This document shows positions 17,827-29,824 of a stretch of 64,000 bases of DNA, one piece after another. The stretch is from an uncultured bacterium (GTDB lineage Bacteria; Babelota; Babeliae; Babelales; RVW-14). Every line of letters starts with the position of its first letter. Positions within the stretch are counted from its first letter, which is position 1. The position numbers and the translations under genes are program-made. Where the stretch lies: assembly GCA_903825355.1 (NCBI GenBank), contig CAIKAH010000021.1, forward strand, positions 9,273 through 73,272, read 5' to 3'. The notes under the pieces are model-generated. The model saw only the letters and a program-made list of their open reading frames with translations. It ran no database searches and was not told the origin of the DNA.

Positions 17827-18171
17827 ATGATTAAACTCAAGCATCATACAAGTTTGACACCAGAACGATGGTTCAAGTTCTCTCTTATGGAACAGTTAGC
17901 GAATGCTGGTGCGGATGTAAGCCGCTCTTTTAGGCATCGTCGTGAAGGGCGAATGGAAGACAGTGAAGCTGCATTTGAGCGGGCAATGGAGCTGTTTTAT
18001 CTAACCGTTGAAGATCCAAAAAATAAAAAACGACGCAAAGAAATTTTGCGAGCGAGAGCGTGTTACGCTGATTTGTACGCTGGAATCAATGAGTTTAATT
18101 TCACTGAAGAGTGGTTTGATGGCTACTTTATGGATTTTAATTATCTGGCGGCTATTCAGCGAGGGCGATAG
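17827..18171 (+). CDS. small conserved-looking helical hypothetical protein
   Basis: 114-aa ORF (ERWFKFSLMEQLANAGADVSRSF...ERAMELFYLTVEDPKNKKRRKEILRAR). No signal peptide. Function unknown. Confidence 0.5.
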   Translation: MIKLKHHTSLTPERWFKFSLMEQLANAGADVSRSFRHRREGRMEDSEAAFERAMELFYLTVEDPKNKKRRKEILRARACYADLYAGINEFNFTEEWFDGYFMDFNYLAAIQRGR

Positions 18172-18180
18172 ATAATTAAC

Positions 18181-19539
18181 TTATAAGTAATTTTCTAAAA
18201 AGACCAAAATAGCTTTTCGCGCGTTTGCGGCTGCATGAGCATTAATTGCAGCAGAGCCGCCGCTAGTGATCCATCCCACACCAGGCCACCACTCTGGATA
18301 ATCACTTGATGGATTATAAGCAGCAGTTGGCACAAAATGTCCAGCTCCTGGGTAGTAAAGATGAGTGCGGCTTATGGTAGATCCTTTTGTATCAAGCCGA
18401 TTCATGATGAGCTTGCCAAAAGATGCTGATGGCCATCGATGGTCATCCTCTGCTGATGTAACGAGCAATGGACATTGGATATTTTCTACAGGAATTTCCG
18501 CTTGCGCATGCTCGTCGGGAAACTGTGTCATATCAAATAAGTAGAATTGAGCACAGTTATTGGGTCGCTCGAATGAACTTTTAAATATGTGGAGCTTCCC
18601 CTCTCTTCCCGCCTGCAAGTATTCTTCATGTGTGGAGCAAGGAGCGACTGGCGGTATCCCCGCAGGGCTATTGTTTAAAAGCCATGGGGCTGCGCTTTTA
18701 TTCCAAGGGCAAGGCTGTATGTAACAACTGGGAACACAAGCAATGATCGCCTGCATGGTATCTGGAAACAATGATCCTAGCAATAAAGCAAGCTCACCAC
18801 CTTTAGAGCTGCCGTGTAGAGCTATGCGGTCTGCTTGCACATAGGGTTGTTTTTTGAACCACTCAATGCCACGTAAAATGCTTGTAAGTTCAATATTTTC
18901 TTGGTAGCGAGGTAATCCATCAGCACCAAAATAGCCAAGGGCAAATGCAGTAAATCCATGAGAAGCATACCAGCGAGCTATACGTTCATAGAGGCCGCCG
19001 CCTGCGCCACCTAAGACTACAATTCCTGGTCGGGGGCCCATTGTCTTGTCAAAAAACAACGTGCCAATCAAACTGTCTTCGCGGATCTCTTTTCGTTCTA
19101 CTGTCGGCAACATTGGCAATCTAACGATTGTTGCTGCAGCAATATACTCTTCACCACAGGTTGCCTTGAGTGTAATGGGCATGGGGCTATCGCCCATTTT
19201 AAATGGTGGGGCCATTTTTTCTGTTGGTAACATAGACCAAAACAAGCCCATGCTTTCGACGCCTTCATATGATCCTTCTAGCGGCGCTTGTGTGGTGAGA
19301 TCTACTTTGCCAGTATCATTTGTTTCAAAAACAGCATGCGATGACCATTCTTGATCATGCATATCTTTGCATGTTGCGTGCACCTTTATTAGTTCTTTTG
19401 GTGGCATGCCTGAAATGGTGATTGTTATTGGTTCATCGAGCAGCGTTTCTGTCTGGCTAATGCTGATGAAGGGAGAAGCAATAAGCATTGTACTAAATGG
19501 GAAGATGGCAATAAATATGCGCCTGAAGCATAGTATCAT
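18181..19539 (-). CDS. BAAT/acyl-CoA thioesterase (ACOT)-family alpha/beta hydrolase with N-terminal signal sequence
   Basis: 452 aa. C-terminal half aligns by eye to the animal ACOT/BAAT C-domain: GGAGGGLYE, nucleophile elbow GSSKGGELAL, QCPLLVTSAEDDHRWPS, YYPGAGHFV, GGSAAINAHAAANARKAILVFL. N-terminus MILCFRRIFIAIFPFSTMLIASPF is hydrophobic. Confidence 0.8.
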   Translation of the reverse strand: MILCFRRIFIAIFPFSTMLIASPFISISQTETLLDEPITITISGMPPKELIKVHATCKDMHDQEWSSHAVFETNDTGKVDLTTQAPLEGSYEGVESMGLFWSMLPTEKMAPPFKMGDSPMPITLKATCGEEYIAAATIVRLPMLPTVERKEIREDSLIGTLFFDKTMGPRPGIVVLGGAGGGLYERIARWYASHGFTAFALGYFGADGLPRYQENIELTSILRGIEWFKKQPYVQADRIALHGSSKGGELALLLGSLFPDTMQAIIACVPSCYIQPCPWNKSAAPWLLNNSPAGIPPVAPCSTHEEYLQAGREGKLHIFKSSFERPNNCAQFYLFDMTQFPDEHAQAEIPVENIQCPLLVTSAEDDHRWPSASFGKLIMNRLDTKGSTISRTHLYYPGAGHFVPTAAYNPSSDYPEWWPGVGWITSGGSAAINAHAAANARKAILVFLENYL

Positions 19540-19554
19540 TTTTATCCCATCTTA

Positions 19555-20355
19555 TTATTCAGCTTTGGTAGCAATAGTATAAATTGCTGTTTTTATATCA
19601 TGTAGGCCATCCGGTTGCAGTAAGGAGGCCATACGTGTGTGAAGAGCCTGGTTGAGCCTAGTTAATTGTATGGGTGAAAGTTGTTCTAAACGGCTTCTTG
19701 TAAAATGTGACCAAAGACTAGTTAGCCAAGCATCAATCGACGGATACACATAATCGATCTGATCGTGTATTGTTTTAATGTTGTTAAAGCCAGCTGTGGT
19801 AAGCTGTTTAATAAGTTCCTCATATGTGAGGTGCGGTAGAGGGTGGGTATCTTGGTGCAGTTTATTGTATTCTTCAGTAAAGATTGTTTGACAAGGATGA
19901 TAGGTATTCCAGGTAGAGAAGGCAACATAGCCTCCTGGCTTGAGCACACGCATATATTCGGCTAAAGCTTTTGCTAGGTTAGGGAAGAAGAATATGCCAA
20001 ACCCACAAAAAATAGCATCAAATGAATTATCTGCAAACACTACTTGTTCTGCATCCATGCATAAGAATTGTGCATTGGGAATAAGCTCTGCAAGCTCCTT
20101 AGTGGTCTCTGTAACCATATTTTGACTGATATCAATGCCTACCATTTTGCCATAAGAACCAATGCGGCTAGCTACATGTTTTAGTACTGCTCCGCGTCCA
20201 GTTGCTATATCAAGAACGTGCGCTTCCTTGCTCAAGGGAATTTGGGCAACGAGTTGCTTGGCAAAGTAATCAAAAAATCGTACTTGCTGTCCGTAAGTTG
20301 CTGCTCCACGGTCGAAGACGTCACGAATGTGGTTTTTTAGCATATATTTTTCCAA
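19555..20355 (-). CDS. class I SAM-dependent methyltransferase
   Basis: 266 aa. SAM-binding motif I VLDIATGRGAV, then DAIFCGFGIFFF and LKPGGYVAFSTW. Confidence 0.85.
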   Translation of the reverse strand: MEKYMLKNHIRDVFDRGAATYGQQVRFFDYFAKQLVAQIPLSKEAHVLDIATGRGAVLKHVASRIGSYGKMVGIDISQNMVTETTKELAELIPNAQFLCMDAEQVVFADNSFDAIFCGFGIFFFPNLAKALAEYMRVLKPGGYVAFSTWNTYHPCQTIFTEEYNKLHQDTHPLPHLTYEELIKQLTTAGFNNIKTIHDQIDYVYPSIDAWLTSLWSHFTRSRLEQLSPIQLTRLNQALHTRMASLLQPDGLHDIKTAIYTIATKAE

Positions 20356-20357
20356 AT

Positions 20358-20391
20358 AAAAAGCCCCCGGTGAATATATCGGGGGCTTTTA
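20358..20391 (-). terminator. rho-independent terminator downstream of gyrB
   Basis: AGCCCCCG-gtgaatatat-CGGGGGCT with A/T runs on both sides. Confidence 0.75.
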
Positions 20392-20406
20392 AATTAACTA
20401 ACGAGG

Positions 20407-22884
<2,478 letters not shown>

Positions 22885-22995
22885 TCAAAAAAACTTTCAC
22901 ACGCTGGGGCATTTATTGTACTCTATCGAGCAAAGATTTGCGACAACCATGTGAAACATTAAGTATAGCAGAGCTCATACTTAGGATCAAAATAG

Positions 22996-23490
22996 ATGAA
23001 TAAAGATGCGATGCGAGAGCAAAAAGAATTTTTTATGGGGAAAGCCCTTAAGCAGGCTGTTGTCGCTTTGAAATACGATGAAGTGCCAATTGGATCTGTG
23101 GTTGTGTCAAAAGAAGGTACGATTATCGGACGGGGTTATAATCGGATGGAGACGGCACAATGTCAGCTGGCGCATGCTGAAGCCCGTGCTATTGCCCAAG
23201 CATGCAAAAAAATTGGGGGTTGGCGATTGAATGGATGCACAATATATGTTACCCTTGAGCCCTGTTTGATGTGCATAGGGCTTATACAACTTTCGCGAGT
23301 TGATGCTATTGTGTATGGCGCCCCATCACCGCTCTTTGGCAGTATAATAAATGGTTTGACGCTTCCAACATATGCTAAGCAATTAAGAATAGAATGTGGC
23401 ATTAGAGAGCAGGAATGCGTAGCTCTTCTGCAATCTTTTTTTAAAACAGTACGAAAAAAGAGAAAGGATCGTAGTGAAAGACAGAGCTAA
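22996..23490 (+). CDS. tadA: tRNA-specific adenosine deaminase TadA
   Basis: 164 aa. CDA zinc motifs HAEARAI and TLEPCLMCIG. The true start may be the ATG 39 nt downstream (MGKALKQA). Confidence 0.9.
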   Translation: MNKDAMREQKEFFMGKALKQAVVALKYDEVPIGSVVVSKEGTIIGRGYNRMETAQCQLAHAEARAIAQACKKIGGWRLNGCTIYVTLEPCLMCIGLIQLSRVDAIVYGAPSPLFGSIINGLTLPTYAKQLRIECGIREQECVALLQSFFKTVRKKRKDRSERQS

Positions 23491-23821
23491 GTTTGTCGCA
23501 CAGATACGAGAAACACTCATCAACCGTAAGCAAGAAATGGATGAGGCGCTTTCCAAGCAGTCTCATGAGAAGTTAACTGATGGCGTTGTGCAAGATAGTG
23601 CAGATGAAGCACTTTCATTGAGTATGGAAAAATTGCAAAATTCACTGCAACAAACTGAAATTGATGAACTCCATTTAATGGAAGAAGCCCTTGTGCGTAT
23701 AGATGCTGGTGAATACGGCATTTGCTTAGATTGTAATGAACCTATTGCGGAAAGACGGTTAGAGCATTTCCCTTTTGCTGCTCGCTGTATTGTTTGCCAG
23801 GAAGCAGTAGAACAGAAATAA
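23474..23821 (+). CDS. DksA/TraR-family C4 zinc-finger protein
   Basis: 115 aa from a GTG start (AAAGGA upstream), overlapping the tadA 3' end by 17 nt. Coiled-coil N-terminus and CLDCNEPIAERRLEHFPFAARCIVCQ finger. Confidence 0.8.
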   Translation: MKDRAKFVAQIRETLINRKQEMDEALSKQSHEKLTDGVVQDSADEALSLSMEKLQNSLQQTEIDELHLMEEALVRIDAGEYGICLDCNEPIAERRLEHFPFAARCIVCQEAVEQK

Positions 23822-23833
23822 CTATGGTAGCTT

Positions 23834-23908
<75 letters not shown>

Positions 23909-24193
23909 TTCGTTTTTGCTAAAGCTATGACGTGGCAAATTCTAGCTCTTAAACGTGATATTTAAAGACAAAAAGAGAAAAATAATGGCGGGTGGTTGCT
24001 CGTTAGGCGGAAGACTGGCTAGGCTGAAATTTTGTAGTTTCGTCCTGTGCTAGAGGCCTAAAGATCTTTTGTCTACAGGCGGTAGACAGTTTTCTCTAAA
24101 AAATAACTGATAAGCTATGACATGGGCTAGTTCCGACTTTATAAATGCAGTTTGTACATAGACGTATTTTTTTGGCATTTCGACCATGGTTTT

Positions 24194-24222
24194 TTGACAA
24201 AATAAGTTGGCAGGTGTAAGCT
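24194..24222 (+). promoter_or_regulatory. candidate promoter for rpsI
   Basis: TTGACA, a 17-nt spacer, then TAAGCT, about 90 nt upstream of the rpsI ATG. Sequence match only. Confidence 0.3.
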
Positions 24223-24312
24223 TCTAAACACTAAATCAGATCTCTTCTTGAATAACGGGGTTTGGGTAGGTAAAATTTTATCAACTGAATGATTTATCTA
24301 GGTTATAGCGTT

Positions 24313-24717
24313 ATGAACAAAACAGTCGCAACTCACACCCTGCATGGTGTTGGCCGCCGTAAAGCAGCAGTAGCTCGCGTATGGCTTAAGCCTGGAAAAG
24401 GCGCAATCGAAGTCAACGGTAAAAACTTTGCTGAATATTTTGGCACAGATGTAGCGCGCAGTGCTGTAGTATTGCCGTTGCAAGTATGTGGCGTGGAAAG
24501 AACATTTGATGCAATGGTTTATGTTACTGGTGGTGGCGAAACAGGCCAATCCGGAGCAATTAAACTTGGTATTGCTCGCGCGTTATTAAAATCAAACGAA
24601 GCATTCAAAGGTGTTTTGAGACAAAATGACCTTTTGACGGTTGATTCACGCGTTAAAGAGCGTAAAAAATATGGCCAAAAAGGCGCCCGTCGCAAATTCC
24701 AATTTGTTAAACGGTAA
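24313..24717 (+). CDS. rpsI: 30S ribosomal protein S9
   Basis: ORF 24289..24717. ATG at 24313 gives 134 aa: GVGRRKAAVARVWLKPGKG...GGGETGQSGAIKLGIARAL...DSRVKERKKYGQKGARRKFQFVKR. Confidence 0.95.
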   Translation: MNKTVATHTLHGVGRRKAAVARVWLKPGKGAIEVNGKNFAEYFGTDVARSAVVLPLQVCGVERTFDAMVYVTGGGETGQSGAIKLGIARALLKSNEAFKGVLRQNDLLTVDSRVKERKKYGQKGARRKFQFVKR

Positions 24718-24795
24718 TCGAATTTTATTACAGCTCCGCGTTTCGTGGAGCTGTAATTTTTTGTATAGCTCTTTTGTTTTGAAAACGAGTAGCAG

Positions 24796-26703
24796 ATGTG
24801 CGGCATAGTCGCTTATACTGGTAAAAATCTTTGTAAAGACCTTGTTTTTGAAGGCTTATCTCGCCTTGAGTATCGGGGCTATGATTCAGCTGGTTTTGTT
24901 TGTATTGATAAACATCATGGCCAGTTTAATTTTGACAAAGAAGCAGGCGGTTCTTCGCCGATTCAGCGCTTAGCAGAAAAAATTCATTTTGATGGTTATA
25001 CGGGCATGGCACATACCCGGTGGGCGACTCATGGTCTTGTTGATACAGTGAATGCTCATCCCCATTTTAATTGCAATAAAGCAGTTGCTGTCGTACACAA
25101 TGGCATTATTGAAGGACATGAAGTGCTCCGAGAGCAGTTGCTGGCAAGGGGGCATCATGTTATTTCAACGACTGATTCTGAACTTGCTGCCCATTTGTTT
25201 AATGACGAGATTGAGCAGCGTAGTGATCTAAAAGAAGCCGTTATGGCATTTGTGTCACAAATTCGTGGTGCTTTTGCTTTTGTTTTTATGCTCACACAGT
25301 ATCCAGATACATTGGTAGTTGTTCGTCACCGTTCAGCAATGGTGATTGGTGTTGGGGAAGATGAAGCGTTTGTGGCATCAGATTTTATTGCTTTTGCTGA
25401 CAAAACTAATAATGTGGTATTTCTACCGGATGATAGCTTTGCGTTTGTTCGTCGTGATAGCATCGAGTTATACGATTTTTCTGGCAGAATTGTTCCTTAT
25501 TTTGTTCAATCGCTTGATCAAAAATACATAGAAATTGATAAAGGCGTTTTCGAGCATTTTATGCTCAAAGAAATTTATGAACAAAAAAGGGCAATTAGTC
25601 GTACGATTGGTTTTTGTAAAATGCTAGGCAGTCCTGGCATAGATACATTTCCCCATCATTACGAACACTGGTCAGTAGCTACTGAATATAATGACTCTAT
25701 TTGGCGACAACTTGGTCTATCAATTGAGCAAATTAAGTCATTGCGATACATTAACTTGGTGAGCGCAGGTACCTCGTGGCACGCAGCGTGTATAGCACAA
25801 TTTTTCTTTGAGATGATTTGCAAAATCCCAACTCGAGTTTTTCTCGCTTCAGAGTTTAGATACATGTCGTTTTTCCCTCAGGAAGACAGTGTGTATATTA
25901 TGGTTTCTCAATCAGGAGAGACGGCTGATACGCTAGAAGCGTTACGATTAATTAATTCCTATAACGTTCCTACGATTGCTATTACAAATGTTGCTTCTAG
26001 TAGTATTGTACGTGAAGCAGGTGGTTTTTTACCAATGCAGGCGGGGCCAGAGATTTCGGTTGCTTCAACCAAAGCATTTTCTACTCAACTTGCAACCTTG
26101 TTTTGGATTGCTAACCGTATAGCGCTTGAACGTGGTACTATTACGCTGGAAGAGATGTACATTGCTGAAGAACAATTGTGCGTGGCGGCTGAAGTGCTTG
26201 AATCAACTATAGAAATGTACAAGTTTAGAATTATTCAAGATTTAGCGCCTAAGTACATGCATTATAGCCATTTCATCTTTTTGGGGCGCCATATTAGCTA
26301 TCCTTTTGCGATGGAAGCATCGCTAAAGCTTAAAGAAATATCATACATTTTTGCCCAGTGCTATCCAGCTGGCGAGTTGAAGCATGGACCCATTGCGCTG
26401 GTTGATGAAAATACCCCCGTCGTTATTTTTTCAGTGCTTGATGAGTTGCTTTATCATAAATTACTTGCCAACGCTAGCGAGGTAAAGGCACGCAATGGGC
26501 ACCTCGTTGTTTTTGCTTTTGAAGGACAAGACGAGCTTATTGGCATTGCTGATACTGCATTCGTCATACCTCCCGTAGCGCCTTTGCTTGGTCCTCTCGC
26601 CATGACAGGGCTGATGCAGTTTTTCATTTATCATATTACCAGACAGCTTGGGATGCCGATTGATAAGCCAAGGAACTTGGCAAAATCGGTTACTGTCGAG
26701 TAA
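24796..26703 (+). CDS. glmS: glutamine--fructose-6-phosphate aminotransferase
   Basis: 635 aa. N-terminal MCGIVAY nucleophile, two SIS domains (SQSGETADT), C-terminal AKSVTVE. Confidence 0.97.
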   Translation: MCGIVAYTGKNLCKDLVFEGLSRLEYRGYDSAGFVCIDKHHGQFNFDKEAGGSSPIQRLAEKIHFDGYTGMAHTRWATHGLVDTVNAHPHFNCNKAVAVVHNGIIEGHEVLREQLLARGHHVISTTDSELAAHLFNDEIEQRSDLKEAVMAFVSQIRGAFAFVFMLTQYPDTLVVVRHRSAMVIGVGEDEAFVASDFIAFADKTNNVVFLPDDSFAFVRRDSIELYDFSGRIVPYFVQSLDQKYIEIDKGVFEHFMLKEIYEQKRAISRTIGFCKMLGSPGIDTFPHHYEHWSVATEYNDSIWRQLGLSIEQIKSLRYINLVSAGTSWHAACIAQFFFEMICKIPTRVFLASEFRYMSFFPQEDSVYIMVSQSGETADTLEALRLINSYNVPTIAITNVASSSIVREAGGFLPMQAGPEISVASTKAFSTQLATLFWIANRIALERGTITLEEMYIAEEQLCVAAEVLESTIEMYKFRIIQDLAPKYMHYSHFIFLGRHISYPFAMEASLKLKEISYIFAQCYPAGELKHGPIALVDENTPVVIFSVLDELLYHKLLANASEVKARNGHLVVFAFEGQDELIGIADTAFVIPPVAPLLGPLAMTGLMQFFIYHITRQLGMPIDKPRNLAKSVTVE

Positions 26704-26747
26704 GATCACCTATTGTTCTAGATATATTTTTTTATTAAGGGACTTTT

Positions 26748-28148
26748 ATGCTTAACTTAGCGTTGTACGCTGCTTATGCAACGTATTTATCTATTATAGC
26801 CATTATTGGATTTATTGCTTACAAACACAATCAGCGTGCTGGTGGTGATTATATTTTAGGAGCCCGTTCACTTAATTATGTGGTGACCGCATTAGCAACC
26901 CATGCCAGTGACATGAGCGCCTGGCTCTTCATGAGTATGCCTGCCGCAATTTATAGCAAAGGGCTTATTGGTGGATGGATAGCAATAGGGCTAACAGTAT
27001 TCATGTTGCTTAACTGGATGTTTGTTGCTCCTCGTCTACGTACAATGACTGAATATCATGGATCAACAACATTGTCATCATTCTTTGCCAAGCGATTTAA
27101 TGATACAGCCGGTATGTTGCGAATGGTGAGTACGGTTTGTGCATTACTCTTTTTAACTTGTTATATTGCGGCAAATTTAGCGGCTCTTGGGCATTTGTTT
27201 GAATCAGTGTTTAGCTTGCCTTATAGCTTGGGCATTACGTTGGGCTCGTTAGTGGTGTTTTATATTCTCTTTGGTGGCTATACTTCGATTGCCTGGATTG
27301 ATTGCTTTCAAGGAGCATTTTTGCTCGGAGCAATTATCATTGTACCTGTAGTGGCAATTATTTCTCTTGGTGGTTGGCATGTAGTAAAAACAGCAGCCAT
27401 AACCAAAGATGTATTTAATTTTTTTCCAAACACATGGCATTCATGGATTCAATGTTTTTTTCTAGCAGTTGGTTGGGGGCTTGGTTATTTTGGTCAGCCG
27501 CATATCATTACTAAATTTATGGGAATTGATGATGCAAAAAATATAAAAAAGGCTCAATACGTTGGTATTACATGGCAATCTATTACGTTGGCTGCAGCGG
27601 TACTGATTGGCCTTACTGGTATTGCTTTTTTTCCAGAGGGGATAGCTAATACTGAGTTTATTTTTATAGAAATGACTAAAGCGCTTTTTCACCCATTTCT
27701 TACCGGGTTGATGCTTTGTGCTATTGTTGCCTCCTCTATTAACGTGATTGGTGCTCAGGTGCTGGCATTAGCATCGGTAATTACTGAAGATATTGTAAAA
27801 TATGTTTTTGAAACACGAACTAATCATGCCTCTATGATTGCCCGCTTGAGTGTGTTGGGGATGTGCGTTGTTGCAGCTACAGTGGCTTATTTCAACCAGC
27901 ACCGTGCTATTTATGATTTGGTGTTTTATGCTTGGGGTGGATTAGGTTGCTCATTTGGTCCATTAGTACTGGTTGCTTTACATACTAAGTTACAAAATAT
28001 TAAAGCAGCAATTGCTAGCGTTGTAGTAGGTGCATTAGTTGGTTGTCTATGGCCATTGTTTAATGCCTGCGTTCCTGCAGTGATTGTCGGTTTTCCAGTG
28101 AGCTTAGCGATTTTGTGGTTAGGGTCTCAGGTAGATAAAAAAGCGTAA
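26748..28148 (+). CDS. sodium:solute symporter family (SSF) transporter, PutP/PanF-like
   Basis: 466 aa and polytopic (about 12-13 hydrophobic segments). SSF-like blocks YILGARSLN, GGYTSIAWIDCFQG, GYFGQPHIITKFM. Substrate not assignable. Confidence 0.8.
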   Translation: MLNLALYAAYATYLSIIAIIGFIAYKHNQRAGGDYILGARSLNYVVTALATHASDMSAWLFMSMPAAIYSKGLIGGWIAIGLTVFMLLNWMFVAPRLRTMTEYHGSTTLSSFFAKRFNDTAGMLRMVSTVCALLFLTCYIAANLAALGHLFESVFSLPYSLGITLGSLVVFYILFGGYTSIAWIDCFQGAFLLGAIIIVPVVAIISLGGWHVVKTAAITKDVFNFFPNTWHSWIQCFFLAVGWGLGYFGQPHIITKFMGIDDAKNIKKAQYVGITWQSITLAAAVLIGLTGIAFFPEGIANTEFIFIEMTKALFHPFLTGLMLCAIVASSINVIGAQVLALASVITEDIVKYVFETRTNHASMIARLSVLGMCVVAATVAYFNQHRAIYDLVFYAWGGLGCSFGPLVLVALHTKLQNIKAAIASVVVGALVGCLWPLFNACVPAVIVGFPVSLAILWLGSQVDKKA

Positions 28149-28152
28149 AAAT

Positions 28153-28173
28153 ATAGGGGCCTATGGCCCCTAT
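28153..28173. terminator. hairpin terminator between convergent genes
   Basis: ATAGGGGCC-tat-GGCCCCTAT perfect 9-bp stem. U-tract is weak. Confidence 0.55.
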
Positions 28174-28182
28174 TCGGTTTAG

Positions 28183-28800
28183 CTATCTTGCTGAAAGAGG
28201 ATAAGAATCTTCTTCTAGCCGATAATATTTTATAATGGCATCATCTAGCTGCTGTATGAAAAGTTTATTATGTCCAGCAGTTGCAAGGCGTTTGATTAAA
28301 AAAATACGATTCTGCATGTTGTAAATGCTGTGTAGATCGCCTGTAATATGAGGATATAATTGTGCTATTTTTACTAGATAACAGGTTGTTAGTTCATGAT
28401 CAAATATCCTCACCAGGTCTCTTGGTGTTAGTTCTTTGTTGGCTAATAAAGTAACTAAATTTGAGTTGTCGAGGAAATCTTTGTATCGGGCTGGAACAGT
28501 ACTTTTGATTTTATCTGCTGTTAAGGTAATTGTTGCTGGTTTTTCTGACATTCTCGGTATTATTTTATCCTCTTGATGACTAGTTAATGAATGCCAGTGA
28601 ACCTTAGGAGGACATTTTTCTTTTTCTGATGGTTCTGCTGTTCTATGGGTAGAGAAGAGCCCTGTTGATAATACAGCACCGCTAATAGTTGCTGACAATG
28701 GTAACATGCGCCGCAGGGCGGCGGTTGCACAGACCAATTCGCCAGTTAGAATCAGAAATATAATGGCTAGTCTTGGAATAAAAAAGCGTGAGTTAATCAT
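28183..28800 (-). CDS. secreted hypothetical protein, family C member
   Basis: 205 aa. N-terminal hydrophobic signal/anchor MINSRFFIPRLAIIFLILTGELVCATA. Module ITLTADKIKSTVP...LLANKELTPRDLVRIFDHELTTCY. Confidence 0.6.
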   Translation of the reverse strand: MINSRFFIPRLAIIFLILTGELVCATAALRRMLPLSATISGAVLSTGLFSTHRTAEPSEKEKCPPKVHWHSLTSHQEDKIIPRMSEKPATITLTADKIKSTVPARYKDFLDNSNLVTLLANKELTPRDLVRIFDHELTTCYLVKIAQLYPHITGDLHSIYNMQNRIFLIKRLATAGHNKLFIQQLDDAIIKYYRLEEDSYPLSAR

Positions 28801-28817
28801 GAAAAATCCTTGTTTGG

Positions 28818-29669
28818 TTAAGGTTTACCTTCAAAAAAACCAATCATAGCTGCAGCCGCTTCTTCTTGCATTGTCGGGTGACTAGCCAATAGGGCATGAA
28901 CCATTGCTCTTTGCCCTGCATTAGTGAATTCTTTTGGGGTTGAAAATGGTATATAAATACTTACTGCTGTTGCTCTGTGCTGCTCGGAAAGTTTGAGCTT
29001 CCAATTGGAGACAGCATCAAAAACAGCCCAAATTATTTCAGTAGCTTCTTTTTCTTTTTCAGCTAACGCTTCTAATAAGCCAGATGCGGTAATAAAAGAA
29101 AGATCAGGAATAGCTTCTGCTATCTGCTCTTTAGTGAGCGTAATAGTTGTTAGTTGGTTTGCTGGATAGACGCGTTCCAAAATAGTATCAATTTCTTCTG
29201 CAATAGGAGTATTTGCAGCAAGGGCTTTACACAACTGCATTCTATCTATTGCTGATAGTTTATATTTTTCTTTTCCTTCACGGACAAGTTGTGTGAGTGC
29301 AAGGTTATATTTTGCAACAAATTCTAGAGCAGACAGCCCTGTTCCACGGGCATTTTTTGCAGTGCTGGTAAGCTTTCGCATGAATATGGAGTGGTGCAGA
29401 GCAGTTAAATCATCACCCGAAATAACGTCTTTTACTGCTTCTCGCGATAAGTAGATAGTAGGTGTAGAGGTGGCCGAGCGATCAGGTGTAGTTGCTCTGA
29501 AAAGTTCTGGCCTTTGTAGTAGTGTTGTAGAGGCTCTACTATTAAATCTCTGCATGGCGTGAGGAATAACTCTAGAGAATCTTCTTGTGGACATTCCTTG
29601 TAAAGTGATTGGTATGAGCAAGCTTAGTATTAAAATAAATGGTCTAGAGCTTACACTGTCGAGTATCAT
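28818..29669 (-). CDS. secreted hypothetical protein, family C member (two modules)
   Basis: 283 aa. Signal MILDSVSSRPFILILSLLIPITLQG. Modules IYLSREAVKDVISGDDL... and ITLTKEQIAEAIPDLSF... resemble ITLTADKIKSTVP of the neighbouring gene. Confidence 0.6.
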   Translation of the reverse strand: MILDSVSSRPFILILSLLIPITLQGMSTRRFSRVIPHAMQRFNSRASTTLLQRPELFRATTPDRSATSTPTIYLSREAVKDVISGDDLTALHHSIFMRKLTSTAKNARGTGLSALEFVAKYNLALTQLVREGKEKYKLSAIDRMQLCKALAANTPIAEEIDTILERVYPANQLTTITLTKEQIAEAIPDLSFITASGLLEALAEKEKEATEIIWAVFDAVSNWKLKLSEQHRATAVSIYIPFSTPKEFTNAGQRAMVHALLASHPTMQEEAAAAMIGFFEGKP

Positions 29670-29824
29670 GAGTATCCTTTGTGGATTAATAATTTGTACT
29701 TACGCCCATAATGCTACTAAAACTTTATAAAACGTCATCTAGTTTCTGAAGAATAATAAAAATCCCCAAGGTACGAGTGATTTTATTGCTCATGTCTTGG
29801 GGGTTTTTATTTGTTAAAGAAGGT

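Noticed and set aside
23985-24090. GGCGGAAGACTGGCTAGGC segment, considered as a possible SRP (4.5S) RNA helix-8 motif or other known ncRNA
   Set aside because: It does not match the conserved GGUCCGGAAGGAAGCAGCC core or fold into the expected long hairpin by eye. No tmRNA, RNase P or 6S hallmarks are present either. The region is kept only as an unexplained spacer (see findings).
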